NCBI GenBank assembly: GCA_040954595.2
Contig: CM082589.2
Location: 11,048,894-11,112,893 of the forward strand
Reading direction: 5' to 3'
DNA: 64,000 nucleotides
Origin: Balanoglossus misakiensis
Taxonomy: Eukaryota > Animalia > Hemichordata
Shown here: piece after piece, positions 1 through 13,054 of the stretch
How positions within the stretch are numbered: position 1 is the first letter of the stretch
How the letters are laid out: each line of letters starts with the position of its first letter
Made by a program: the position numbers and the translations under genes
Notes under the pieces: model-generated
The model's database searches: none
The model's input: the letters and a program-made list of their open reading frames with translations, nothing else
Told to the model about the DNA's origin: nothing

Positions 1-3000
1 GACTTTGCAAAATCTCAAAATTTCGTTGATTTTTGAAAAAAATCATGGGGGAAAATCATCAAAAATGACAAATTTACGACTACAAAATCTCAAAATTTCG
101 TCGATTTGTGAAAAAAAATCATGGGTGAAAATCATCAAAAAATGACAAATTTTTGACTTTGCACAATCTCAAAATTTCGTCAATTTTGAAAAAAATCATG
201 GGTGAAAATCATCAAAAAATGACAAATTTTCGACTTTGCAAAATCTGAAAATTTCATCGATTTTTGAAAAAATCATGGGTGAAAATCATGAAAAAATGAC
301 AAATTTTCGACTTTGCAAAATCTCAAAATTTCGTCGATTTTTGAAAAAAATCATGGGGAAAATGATCAAAAAATGACAAATTTTCGACTGCAAAATTTCA
401 AAATTTCGTCAATTTTGAAAAAATCATGGGTGAAAATCATCAAAAAATGACAAATTTTCGACTGCAAAATCTCAAAATTTCGTCGATTTTTGAAAAAAAA
501 CGGGTGAAAATCATCAAAAAATGACAAATTTTCGACTGCAAAAACTCAAAATTTCGTCAATTTTGAAAAAAATCATGGGTGAAAATCATCAAAAAATGAC
601 AAATTTTCCTCTTTGCAAAATCTATAAATTTCGTCGATTTTTGAAAAATTTTCAACTTTGCAAAATCTCAAAATTTCGTCAATTTTTGAAAAAAATCATG
701 GGGGAAAATCATCAAAAAATGACAAATTTTCGACTGCAAAATCTCAAAATTTCGTCGATTTTTGAAATAAATCATTGTTGAAAATTATCAAAAAATGACA
801 AATTTTCCTCTTTACAAAATCACAAAATTTCGTCGATTTTTTGAAAAAAGACGGGTGAAAATCATCTAAAAATGACAAATTTTCGACTTTGCAAAATCTC
901 AAAATTTCGTTGATTTTTGAAAAAAATCATGGGGGAAAATCATCAAAAAATGACAAATTTTCGACTTTGCAAAATCTCAAAATTTTGCCAATTTTGAAAA
1001 AATCATGGGTGAAAATCATCAAAAAATGACAAATTTTTTACTGCAAAATCTCAAATTTTCGTCGATTTTTTAAAAAAATTGTTGAAAATCATCAAAAAAT
1101 GACAAATTTTTGACTGCAAAATCTCAAAATTTCGTCGATTTTTGAAAAAATATCATTGTTGAAAATCATCAAAAAATGACAAATTTTCCTCTTTGCAAAA
1201 TCTCAAAATTTCGTCGATTTTTGAAAAAAGACATGGGTGAAAATCATCAAAAAATGACAAATTTTCGACTTTGCAAAATCTCAAAATTTCGTCGATTTTT
1301 GAAAAAATCATGGGTGAAAATCATGAAAAAATGACAAATTTTCGACTTTGCAAAATCTGAAAATTTCGTCGATTTTTGAAAAAAATCATGGGGGAAAATG
1401 ATCAAAAAATGACAAATTTTCGACTGCAAAATCTCAAAATTTCGTCAATTTTGAAAAAAATCATGGTCGAAAATCATCAAATAATGACAATTTTTTTACT
1501 GCAAAATCTCAAAATTTCATCGATTTTTGAAAAAAATCATGGGTGAAAATCATCAAAAAATGACAAATTTTCGACTTTGCAAAATCTCAAAATTTCGTCG
1601 ATTTTTGAAGAAAATCAAGGGTGAAAATCATCAAAAAATGACAAATTTTCGACTTTGCAAAATCTCAAAATTTCGTCGATTTTTGAAAAAAATCATGGGG
1701 AAAATGATCAAAAAATGACAAATTTTCGACTGCAAAATTTCAAAATTTCGTCAATTTTGAAAAAATCATGGGTGAAAATCATCAAAAAATGACAAATTTT
1801 CGACTGCAAAATCTCAAAATTTCGTCGATTTTTGAAAAAAAAACGGGTGAAAATCATCAAAAAATTACAAATTTTCGACTGCAAAAACTCAAAATTTCGT
1901 CAATTTTGAAAAAAATCATGGGTGAAAATCATCAAAAAATGACAAATTTTCCTCTTTGCAAAATCTATAAATTTCGTCGATTTTTGAAAAATTTTCAACT
2001 TTGCAAAATCTCAAAATTTCGTCGATTTTTGAAAAAAATCATGGGGGAAAATCATCAAAAAATGACAAATTTTCGACTGCAAAATCTCAAAATTTCGTCG
2101 ATTTTTGAAATAAATCATTGTTGAAAATTATCAAAAAATGACAAATTTTCCTCTTTGCAAAATCTCAAAATTTCGTCGATTTTTGAAAAAAGACATGGGT
2201 GAAAATCATCAAAAAATGACAAATTTTCGACTTTGCAAAATCTCAAAATTTCGTCGATTTTTGAAAAAATCATGGGTGAAAATCATGAAAAAATGACAAA
2301 TTTTCGACTTTGCAAAATCTGAAAATTTCGTCGATTTTTGAAAAAAATCATGGGGGAAAATGATCAAAAAATGACAAATTTTCGACTGCAAAATCTCAAA
2401 ATTTCGTCAATTTTGAAAAAAATCATGGTCGAAAATCATCAAATAATGACAATTTTTTTACTGCAAAATCTCAAAATTTCATCGATTTTTGAAAAAAATC
2501 ATGGGTGAAAATCATCAAAAAATGACAAATTTTCGACTTTGCAAAATCTCAAAATTTCGTCGATTTTTGAAGAAAATCAAGGGTGAAAATCATCAAAAAA
2601 TGACAAATTTTCGACTTTGCAAAATCTCAAAATTTCGTCGATTTTTGAAAAAAATCATGGGGAAAATGATCAAAAAATGACAAATTTTCGACTGCAAAAT
2701 TTCAAAATTTCGTCAATTTTGAAAAAATCATGGGTGAAAATCATCAAAAAATGACAAATTTTCGACTGCAAAATCTCAAAATTTCGTCGATTTTTGAAAA
2801 AAAAACGGGTGAAAATCATCAAAAAATTACAAATTTTCGACTGCAAAAACTCAAAATTTCGTCAATTTTGAAAAAAATCATGGGTGAAAATCATCAAAAA
2901 ATGACAAATTTTCCTCTTTGCAAAATCTATAAATTTCGTCGATTTTTGAAAAATTTTCAACTTTGCAAAATCTCAAAATTTCGTCGATTTTTGAAAAAAA

Positions 3001-6000
3001 TCATGAGGGAAAATCATCAAAAAATGACAAATTTTCGACTGCAAAATCTCAAAATTTCGTCGATTTTTGAAATAAATCATTGTTGAAAATTATCAAAAAA
3101 TGACAAATTTTCCTCTTTGCAAAATCTCAAAATTTCGTCGATTTTTTGAAAAAAGACGGGTGAAAATCATCTAAAAATGACAAATTTTCGCATTTGCAAA
3201 ATCTCAAAATTTCGTTGATTTTTGAAAAAAATCATGGGGGAAAATCATCAAAAAATGACAAATTAACGACTACAAAATCTCAAAATTTCGTCGATTTGTG
3301 AAAAAAAATCATGGGTGAAAATCATCAAAAAATGACAAATTTTCGACTTTGCAAAATCTCAAAATTTTGCCAATTTTGAAAAAAACATGGGTGAAAATCA
3401 TCAAAAAATGACAAATTTTTTACTGCAAAATCTCAAATTTTCGTCGATTTTTTAAAAAAATTGTTGAAAATCATCAAAAAATGACAAATTTTTGACTGCA
3501 AAATCTCAAAATTTCGTCGATTTTTGAAAAAAAATCATTGTTGAAAATCATCAAAAAATGACAAATTTTCCTCTTTGCAAAATCTCAAAATTTCGTCGAT
3601 TTTTGAAAAAAGACATGGGTGAAAATCATCAAAAAATGACAAATTTTAGACTTTGCAAAATCTCAAAATTTCGTCGATTTTTGAAAAAAAATCATGGAGG
3701 AAAATCATTAAAAAATAACAAATTTTCGACTGCAAAATCTCAAAATTTCGTCAATTTTGAAAAAAATCATGGTCGAAAATCATCAAATAATGACAATTTT
3801 TTTACTGCAAAATCTCAAAATTTCATCGATTTTTGAAAAAAATCATGGGTGAAAATCATCAAAAAATGACAAATTTTCGACTTTGCAAAATCTCAAAATT
3901 TCGTCGATTTTTGAAGAAAATCAAGGGTGAAAATCATCAAAAAATGACAAATTTTCGACTTTGCAAAATCTCAAAATTTCGTCGATTTTTTAAAAAAAAT
4001 CATGGGGAAAATGATCAAAAAATGACAAATTTTCGACTGCAAAATTTCAAAATTTCGTCAATTTTGAAAAAATCATGGGTGAAAATCATCAAAAAATGAC
4101 AAATTTTCGACTGCAAAATCTCAAAATTTCGTCGATTTTTGAAAAAAAACGGGTGAAAATCATCAAAAAATTACAAATTTTCGACTGCAAAAACTCAAAA
4201 TTTCGTCAATTTTGAAAAAAATCATGGGTGAAAATCATCAAAAAATGACAAATTTTCCTCTTTGCAAAATCTATAAATTTCGTCGAATTTTTGAAAAATT
4301 TTCAACTTTGCAAAATCTCAAAATTTCGTCGATTTTTGAAAAAAATCATGGGGGAAAATCATCAAAAAATGACAAATTTTCGACTGCAAAATCTCAAAAT
4401 TTCGTCGATTTTTGAAATAAATCATTGTTGAAAATTATCAAAAAATGACAAATTTTCCTCTTTGCAAAATCTCAAAATTTCGTCGATTTTTTGAAAAAAG
4501 ACGGGTGAAAATCATCTAAAAATGACAAATTTTCGCATTTGCAAAATCTCAAAATTTCGTTGATTTTTGAAAAAAATCATGGGGGAAAATCATCAAAAAA
4601 TGACAAATTAACGACTACAAAATCTCAAAATTTCGTCGATTTGTGAAAAAAAATCATGGGTGAAAATCATCAAAAATGACAAATTTTCGACTTTGCAAAA
4701 TCTCAAAATTTTGCCAATTTTGAAAAAAACATGGGTTAAAATCATCAAAAAATGACAAATTTTTTACTGCAAAATCTCAAATTTTCGTCGATTTTTTAAA
4801 AAAATTGTTGAAAATCATCAAAAAATGACAAATTTTTGACTGCAAAATCTCAAAATTTCGTCGATTTTTGAAAAAAAATCATTGTTGAAAATCATCAAAA
4901 AATGACAAATTTTCCTCTTTGCAAAATCTCAAAATTTCGTCGATTTTTGAAAAAAGACATGGGTGAAAATCATCAAAAAATGACAAATTTTAGACTTTGC
5001 AAAATCTCAAAATTTCGTCGATTTTTGAAAAAAAATCATGGAGGAAAATCATTAAAAAATGACAAATTTACGACTGCAAAATCTCAAAATTTCGTCGATT
5101 TGTGAAAAAAAATCATGGGTGAAAATCATCAAAAAATGACAAATTTTGACTGCAAAATCTCAAAATTTCGTCAATTTTTGAAAAAAATCATGGTTGAAAA
5201 TCATCATGACAATGACAAATTTTCGACTTTGCAAAATCTCAAAATTTCGTCGATTTTGAAAAAAATCATGGGTTCGTCCATTTTTGAAAAAAAAACATTG
5301 GGTGAAAATCATCAAAAAATGACAAATTTTCGACTTCGCAAAATCTCAAAATTTCGTCGATTTTTGAAAAAAATCATGGGTGAAAATAATCAAAAAATGA
5401 CAAATTTTCGACTTTGCAAAATCTCAAAATTTCGTCGATTTTTGAAAAAAATCATGGGGGAAAATCATCAAAAAATTACAAATTTTCGACTGCAAAATCT
5501 CAAAATTTCGTCAATTTTGAAAAAAATCATCGGTGAAAATCATCAAAAAATTACAAATTTTTTACTGCAAAATCTCAAATTTTCGTCGATTTTTTAAAAA
5601 AATTGTTGAAAATCATCAAAAAATGACAAATTTTCCTCTTTGCAAAATCTCAAAATTTCGTCGATTTTTGAAAAAAGACGGGTGAAAATCATCAAAAAAT
5701 GACAAATTTTCGACTTTGCAAAATCTCAAAATTTCGTCGATTTTTGAAAAAAATCATGGGTGAAAATCATCAAAAAATGACAAATTTTCCTCTTTGCAAA
5801 ATCTATAAATTTCGTCGATTTTTGAAAAATTTTCAACTTTGCAAAATCTCAAAATTTCGTCAATTTTTGAAAAAAATCATGGGGGAAAATCATCAAAAAA
5901 TGACAAATTTTCGACTGCAAAATCTCAAAATTTCGTCGATTTTTGAAATAAATCATTGTTGAAAATTATCAAAAAATGACAAATTTTCCTCTTTACAAAA

Positions 6001-9000
6001 TCACAAAATTTCGTCGATTTTTTGAAAAAAGACGGGTGAAAATCATCAAAAAATGACAAATTTTTGACTGCAAAATCTCAAAATTTCGTCGATTTTTGAA
6101 AAAAAATCATTGTTGAAAATCATCAAAAAATGACAAATTTTCCTCTTTGCAAAATCTCAAAATTTCGTCGATTTTTGAAAAAAGACATGGGTGAAAATCA
6201 TCAAAAAATGACAAATTTTAGACTTTGCAAAATCTCAAAATTTCGTCGATTTTTGAAAAAAAATCATGGAGGAAAATCATTAAAAAATGACAAATTTACG
6301 ACTGCAAAATCTCAAAATTTCGTCGATTTGTGAAAAAAAATCATGGGTGAAAATCATCAAAAAATGACAAATTTTGACTGCAAAATCTCAAAATTTCGTC
6401 AATTTTTGAAAAAAATCATGGTTGAAAATCATCATGACAATGACAAATTTTCGACTTTGCAAAATCTCAAAATTTCGTCGATTTTGAAAAAAATCATGGG
6501 TTCGTCCATTTTTGAAAAAAAAACATTGGGTGAAAATCATCAAAAAATGACAAATTTTCGACTTCGCAAAATCTCAAAATTTCGTCGATTTTTGAAAAAA
6601 ATCATGGGTGAAAATAATCAAAAAATGACAAATTTTCGACTTTGCAAAATCTCAAAATTTCGTCGATTTTTGAAAAAAATCATGGGGGAAAATCATCAAA
6701 AAATTACAAATTTTCGACTGCAAAATCTCAAAATTTCGTCAATTTTGAAAAAAATCATCGGTGAAAATCATCAAAAAATTACAAATTTTTTACTGCAAAA
6801 TCTCAAATTTTCGTCGATTTTTTAAAAAAATTGTTGAAAATCATCAAAAAATGACAAATTTTCCTCTTTTGCAAAATCTCAAAATTTCGTCGATTTTTGA
6901 AAAAAGACGGGTGAAAATCATCAAAAAATGACAAATTTTCGACTTTGCAAAATCTCAAAATTTCGTCGATTTTTGAAAAAAATCATGGGTGAAAATCATC
7001 AAAAAATGACAAATTTTCCTCTTTGCAAAATCTATAAATTTCGTCGATTTTTGAAAAATTTTCAACTTTGCAAAATCTCAAAATTTCGTCAATTTTTGAA
7101 AAAAATCATGGGGGAAAATCATCAAAAAATGACAAATTTTCGACTGCAAAATCTCAAAATTTCGTCGATTTTTGAAATAAATCATTGTTGAAAATTATCA
7201 AAAAATGACAAATTTTCCTCTTTACAAAATCACAAAATTTCGTCGATTTTTTGAAAAAAGACGGGTGAAAATCATCTAAAAATGACAAATTTTCGACTTT
7301 GCAAAATCTCAAAATTTCGTTGATTTTTGAAAAAAATCATGGGGGAAAATCATCAAAAAATGACAAATTTTCGACTTTGCAAAATCTCAAAATTTTGCCA
7401 ATTTTGAAAAAATCATGGGTGAAAATCATCAAAAAATGACAAATTTTTTACTGCAAAATCTCAAATTTTCGTCGATTTTTTAAAAAAATTGTTGAAAATC
7501 ATCAAAAAATGACAAATTTTTGACTGCAAAATCTCAAAATTTCGTCGATTTTTGAAAAAATATCATTGTTGAAAATCATCAAAAAATGACAAATTTTCCT
7601 CTTTGCAAAATCTCAAAATTTCGTCGATTTTTGAAAAAAGACATGGGTGAAAATCATCAAAAAATGACAAATTTTCGACTTTGCAAAATCTCAAAATTTC
7701 GTCGATTTTTGAAAAAATCATGGGTGAAAATCATGAAAAAATGACAAATTTTCGACTTTGCAAAATCTGAAAATTTCGTCGATTTTTGAAAAAAATCATG
7801 GGGGAAAATGATCAAAAAATGACAAATTTTCGACTGCAAAATCTCAAAATTTCGTCAATTTTGAAAAAAATCATGGTCGAAAATCATCAAATAATGACAA
7901 TTTTTTTACTGCAAAATCTCAAAATTTCATCGATTTTTGAAAAAAATCATGGGTGAAAATCATCAAAAAATGACAAATTTTCGACTTTGCAAAATCTCAA
8001 AATTTCGTCGATTTTTGAAGAAAATCAAGGGTGAAAATCATCAAAAAATGACAAATTTTCGACTTTGCAAAATCTCAAAATTTCGTCGATTTTTGAAAAA
8101 AATCATGGGGAAAATGATCAAAAAATGACAAATTTTCGACTGCAAAATTTCAAAATTTCGTCAATTTTGAAAAAATCATGGGTGAAAATCATCAAAAAAT
8201 GACAAATTTTCGACTGCAAAATCTCAAAATTTCGTCGATTTTTGAAAAAAAAACGGGTGAAAATCATCAAAAAATTACAAATTTTCGACTGCAAAAACTC
8301 AAAATTTCGTCAATTTTGAAAAAAATCATGGGTGAAAATCATCAAAAAATGACAAATTTTCCTCTTTGCAAAATCTATAAATTTCGTCGATTTTTGAAAA
8401 ATTTTCAACTTTGCAAAATCTCAAAATTTCGTCGATTTTTGAAAAAAATCATGGGGGAAAATCATCAAAAAATGACAAATTTTCGACTGCAAAATCTCAA
8501 AATTTCGTCGATTTTTGAAATAAATCATTGTTGAAAATTATCAAAAAATGACAAATTTTCCTCTTTGCAAAATCTCAAAATTTCGTCGATTTTTGAAAAA
8601 AGACATGGGTGAAAATCATCAAAAAATGACAAATTTTCGACTTTGCAAAATCTCAAAATTTCGTCGATTTTTGAAAAAATCATGGGTGAAAATCATGAAA
8701 AAATGACAAATTTTCGACTTTGCAAAATCTGAAAATTTCGTCGATTTTTGAAAAAAATCATGGGGGAAAATGATCAAAAAATGACAAATTTTCGACTGCA
8801 AAATCTCAAAATTTCGTCAATTTTGAAAAAAATCATGGTCGAAAATCATCAAATAATGACAATTTTTTTACTGCAAAATCTCAAAATTTCATCGATTTTT
8901 GAAAAAAATCATGGGTGAAAATCATCAAAAAATGACAAATTTTCGACTTTGCAAAATCTCAAAATTTCGTCGATTTTTGAAGAAAATCAAGGGTGAAAAT

Positions 9001-12000
9001 CATCAAAAAATGACAAATTTTCGACTTTGCAAAATCTCAAAATTTCGTCGATTTTTGAAAAAAATCATGGGGAAAATGATCAAAAAATGACAAATTTTCG
9101 ACTGCAAAATTTCAAAATTTCGTCAATTTTGAAAAAATCATGGGTGAAAATCATCAAAAAATGACAAATTTTCGACTGCAAAATCTCAAAATTTCGTCGA
9201 TTTTTGAAAAAAAAACGGGTGAAAATCATCAAAAAATTACAAATTTTCGACTGCAAAAACTCAAAATTTCGTCAATTTTGAAAAAAATCATGGGTGAAAA
9301 TCATCAAAAAATGACAAATTTTCCTCTTTGCAAAATCTATAAATTTCGTCGATTTTTGAAAAATTTTCAACTTTGCAAAATCTCAAAATTTCGTCGATTT
9401 TTGAAAAAAATCATGAGGGAAAATCATCAAAAAATGACAAATTTTCGACTGCAAAATCTCAAAATTTCGTCGATTTTTGAAATAAATCATTGTTGAAAAT
9501 TATCAAAAAATGACAAATTTTCCTCTTTGCAAAATCTCAAAATTTCGTCGATTTTTTGAAAAAAGACGGGTGAAAATCATCTAAAAATGACAAATTTTCG
9601 CATTTGCAAAATCTCAAAATTTCGTTGATTTTTGAAAAAAATCATGGGGGAAAATCATCAAAAAATGACAAATTAACGACTACAAAATCTCAAAATTTCG
9701 TCGATTTGTGAAAAAAAATCATGGGTGAAAATCATCAAAAAATGACAAATTTTCGACTTTGCAAAATCTCAAAATTTTGCCAATTTTGAAAAAAACATGG
9801 GTAAAAATCATCAAAAAATGACAAATTTTTTACTGCAAAATCTCAAATTTTCGTCGATTTTTTAAAAAAATTGTTGAAAATCATCAAAAAATGACAAATT
9901 TTTGACTGCAAAATCTCAAAATTTCGTCGATTTTTGAAAAAAAATCATTGTTGAAAATCATCAAAAAATGACAAATTTTCCTCTTTGCAAAATCTCAAAA
10001 TTTCGTCGATTTTTGAAAAAAGACATGGGTGAAAATCATCAAAAAATGACAAATTTTAGACTTTGCAAAATCTCAAAATTTCGTCGATTTTTGAAAAAAA
10101 ATCATGGAGGAAAATCATTAAAAAATGACAAATTTTCGACTGCAAAATCTCAAAATTTCGTCAATTTTGAAAAAAATCATGGTCGAAAATCATCAAATAA
10201 TGACAATTTTTTTACTGCAAAATCTCAAAATTTCATCGATTTTTGAAAAAAATCATGGGTGAAAATCATCAAAAAATGACAAATTTTCGACTTTGCAAAA
10301 TCTCAAAATTTCGTCGATTTTTGAAGAAAATCAAGGGTGAAAATCATCAAAAAATGACAAATTTTCGACTTTGCAAAATCTCAAAATTTCGTCGATTTTT
10401 TAAAAAAAATCATGGGGAAAATGATCAAAAAATGACAAATTTTCGACTGCAAAATTTCAAAATTTCGTCAATTTTGAAAAAATCATGGGTGAAAATCATC
10501 AAAAAATGACAAATTTTCGACTGCAAAATCTCAAAATTTCGTCGATTTTTGAAAAAAAAACGGGTGAAAATCATCAAAAAATTACAAATTTTCGACTGCA
10601 AAAACTCAAAATTTCGTCAATTTTGAAAAAAATCATGGGTGAAAATCATCAAAAAATGACAAATTTTCCTCTTTGCAAAATCTATAAATTTCGTCGATTT
10701 TTGAAAAATTTTCAACTTTGCAAAATCTCAAAATTTCGTCGATTTTTGAAAAAAATCATGGGGGAAAATCATCAAAAAATGACAAATTTTCGACTGCAAA
10801 ATCTCAAAATTTCGTCGATTTTTGAAATAAATCATTGTTGAAAATTATCAAAAAATGACAAATTTTCCTCTTTGCAAAATCTCAAAATTTCGTCGATTTT
10901 TTGAAAAAAGACGGGTGAAAATCATCTAAAAATGACAAATTTTCGCATTTGCAAAATCTCAAAATTTCGTTGATTTTTGAAAAAAATCATGGGGGAAAAT
11001 CATCAAAAAATGACAAATTAACGACTACAAAATCTCAAAATTTCGTCGATTTGTGAAAAAAAATCATGGGTGAAAATCATCAAAAAATGACAAATTTTCG
11101 ACTTTGCAAAATCTCAAAATTTTGCCAATTTTGAAAAAAACATGGGTTAAAATCATCAAAAAATGACAAATTTTTTACTGCAAAATCTCAAATTTTCGTC
11201 GATTTTTTAAAAAAATTGTTGAAAATCATCAAAAAATGACAAATTTTTGACTGCAAAATCTCAAAATTTCGTCGATTTTTGAAAAAAAATCATTGTTGAA
11301 AATCATCAAAAAATGACAAATTTTCCTCTTTGCAAAATCTCAAAATTTCGTCGATTTTTGAAAAAAGACATGGGTGAAAATCATCAAAAAATGACAAATT
11401 TTAGACTTTGCAAAATCTCAAAATTTCGTCGATTTTTGAAAAAAAATCATGGAGGAAAATCATTAAAAAATGACAAATTTACGACTGCAAAATCTCAAAA
11501 TTTCGTCGATTTGTGAAAAAAAATCATGGGTGAAAATCATCAAAAAATGACAAATTTTGACTGCAAAATCTCAAAATTTCGTCAATTTTTGAAAAAAATC
11601 ATGGTTGAAAATCATCATGACAATGACAAATTTTCGACTTTGCAAAATCTCAAAATTTCGTCGATTTTGAAAAAAATCATGGGTTCGTCCATTTTTGAAA
11701 AAAAAACATTGGGTGAAAATCATCAAAAAATGACAAATTTTCGACTTCGCAAAATCTCAAAATTTCGTCGATTTTTGAAAAAAATCATGGGTGAAAATAA
11801 TCAAAAAATGACAAATTTTCGACTTTGCAAAATCTCAAAATTTCGTCGATTTTTGAAAAAAATCATGGGGGAAAATCATCAAAAAATTACAAATTTTCGA
11901 CTGCAAAATCTCAAAATTTCGTCAATTTTGAAAAAAATCATCGGTGAAAATCATCAAAAAATTACAAATTTTTTACTGCAAAATCTCAAATTTTCGTCGA

Positions 12001-12170
12001 TTTTTTAAAAAAATTGTTGAAAATCATCAAAAAATGACAAATTTTCCTCTTTTGCAAAATCTCAAAATTTCGTCGATTTTTGAAAAAAGACGGGTGAAAA
12101 TCATCAAAAAATGACAAATTTTCGACTTTGCAAAATCTCAAAATTTCGTCGATTTTTGAAAAAAATCATG
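1..12170. repeat. AT-rich satellite DNA array, ~76-78 bp monomer, with higher-order repeat structure
   Basis: Continuous tandem copies of consensus GACTTTGCAAAATCTCAAAATTTCGTCGATTTTTGAAAAAAATCATGGGTGAAAATCATCAAAAAATGACAAATTTTC from base 1, ending abruptly at ...AAAAATCATG|GCAGG near 12170. Identical or near-identical spurious ORFs recur at offsets of 962, 1228, ~1344 and 6410 bp. Confidence 0.97.
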
Positions 12171-12720
12171 GCAGGTGTCAAAGGTATCCCCCTGTATTTG
12201 GCATTTCATGATAGTTTCATCCCTCCAAATACCAAAGCTGCACCTGTACAACGGGATGAGATATGGCACTGTATGACAGAGGTCATCAAAATCACCTTAT
12301 ACATTTGGGCAAAAACCAACTGACTCTTACATTCGTCCCTGTGGAACAAAAACCACACCTATCGCCCTGTTGGTTAGTGTCCAATTAAATGTACAAAATC
12401 AATGACTTAGGCAGGTGCAACAGGTGACCCCGCCTTTGGTATATCATTATGGTCCCATCCGTATATGCCCCCCCCCCCCCCCAAGCCAAAGCTGCATGCA
12501 TCTTCTGTAGATGCTCACTAAGCAAAAGTAGGTGAAAGGTCACATAAGGTCGCCCACAACTTGACGGGAAAATCGGACTTCATATTGATCCATGTGCAAC
12601 AAATACCACGCTACCACCCCTTTCATTGACCCCACAATTACGCATGCACATAATTATTGAGTTACGCAGGTGTCACAGGTGACCCCCGAATCGGGTGTAT
12701 TATTTTGGTCCCATACAGCT
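12171..12720. repeat. Degenerate ~240-255 bp tandem repeat at the satellite border
   Basis: GCAGGTGTCAAAGGTATCCCC (~12171), GCAGGTGCAACAGGTGACCCC (~12410) and GCAGGTGTCACAGGTGACCCC (~12666), with similar downstream sequence such as CAAAGCTGCA, GACT(C)TTACAT/GACTTCATAT and (A/T)ACCAC. Confidence 0.5.
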
Positions 12721-13054
12721 GCATGTAGCTGCGTGCCGTTACGGGCGACCTGATAACCCACACGGCCACCTGCGGGCCGACCCCCATACTGAACGTCCAG
12801 TTGCAACATCACGACTGAAGTAGGAACTTTTGAACGGCAACGAAGCCTGATCTCTGATTATTGCTGGTACCAAACTCCCTTCGTGCAAGAAAATCACTGG
12901 TCTGCTGACGTATTTCAGGCAATTTCCCAAACTACTATCCACTACATGTGACTACAATGCTAATGAAACCTCCCACAACATTAGCGACTTAGAGTCAAAG
13001 CCCACTGCCAGTGTAGCCGGGTTTGCGTAGACACATTTGAATGGCAACAGCTAA

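Noticed and set aside
1-12170. CENP-B box in the satellite, or shared origin with the 35 bp arrays
   Set aside because: TTCG and CGGG are not at CENP-B spacing, and similarity to the arrays is limited to TTGCAA..AAATTT in AT-rich DNA.
521-12323. Dozens of MTNFRLCKISKFRRFLKK-type ORFs
   Set aside because: They are translations of the satellite monomer, with frames shifting at homopolymer runs.
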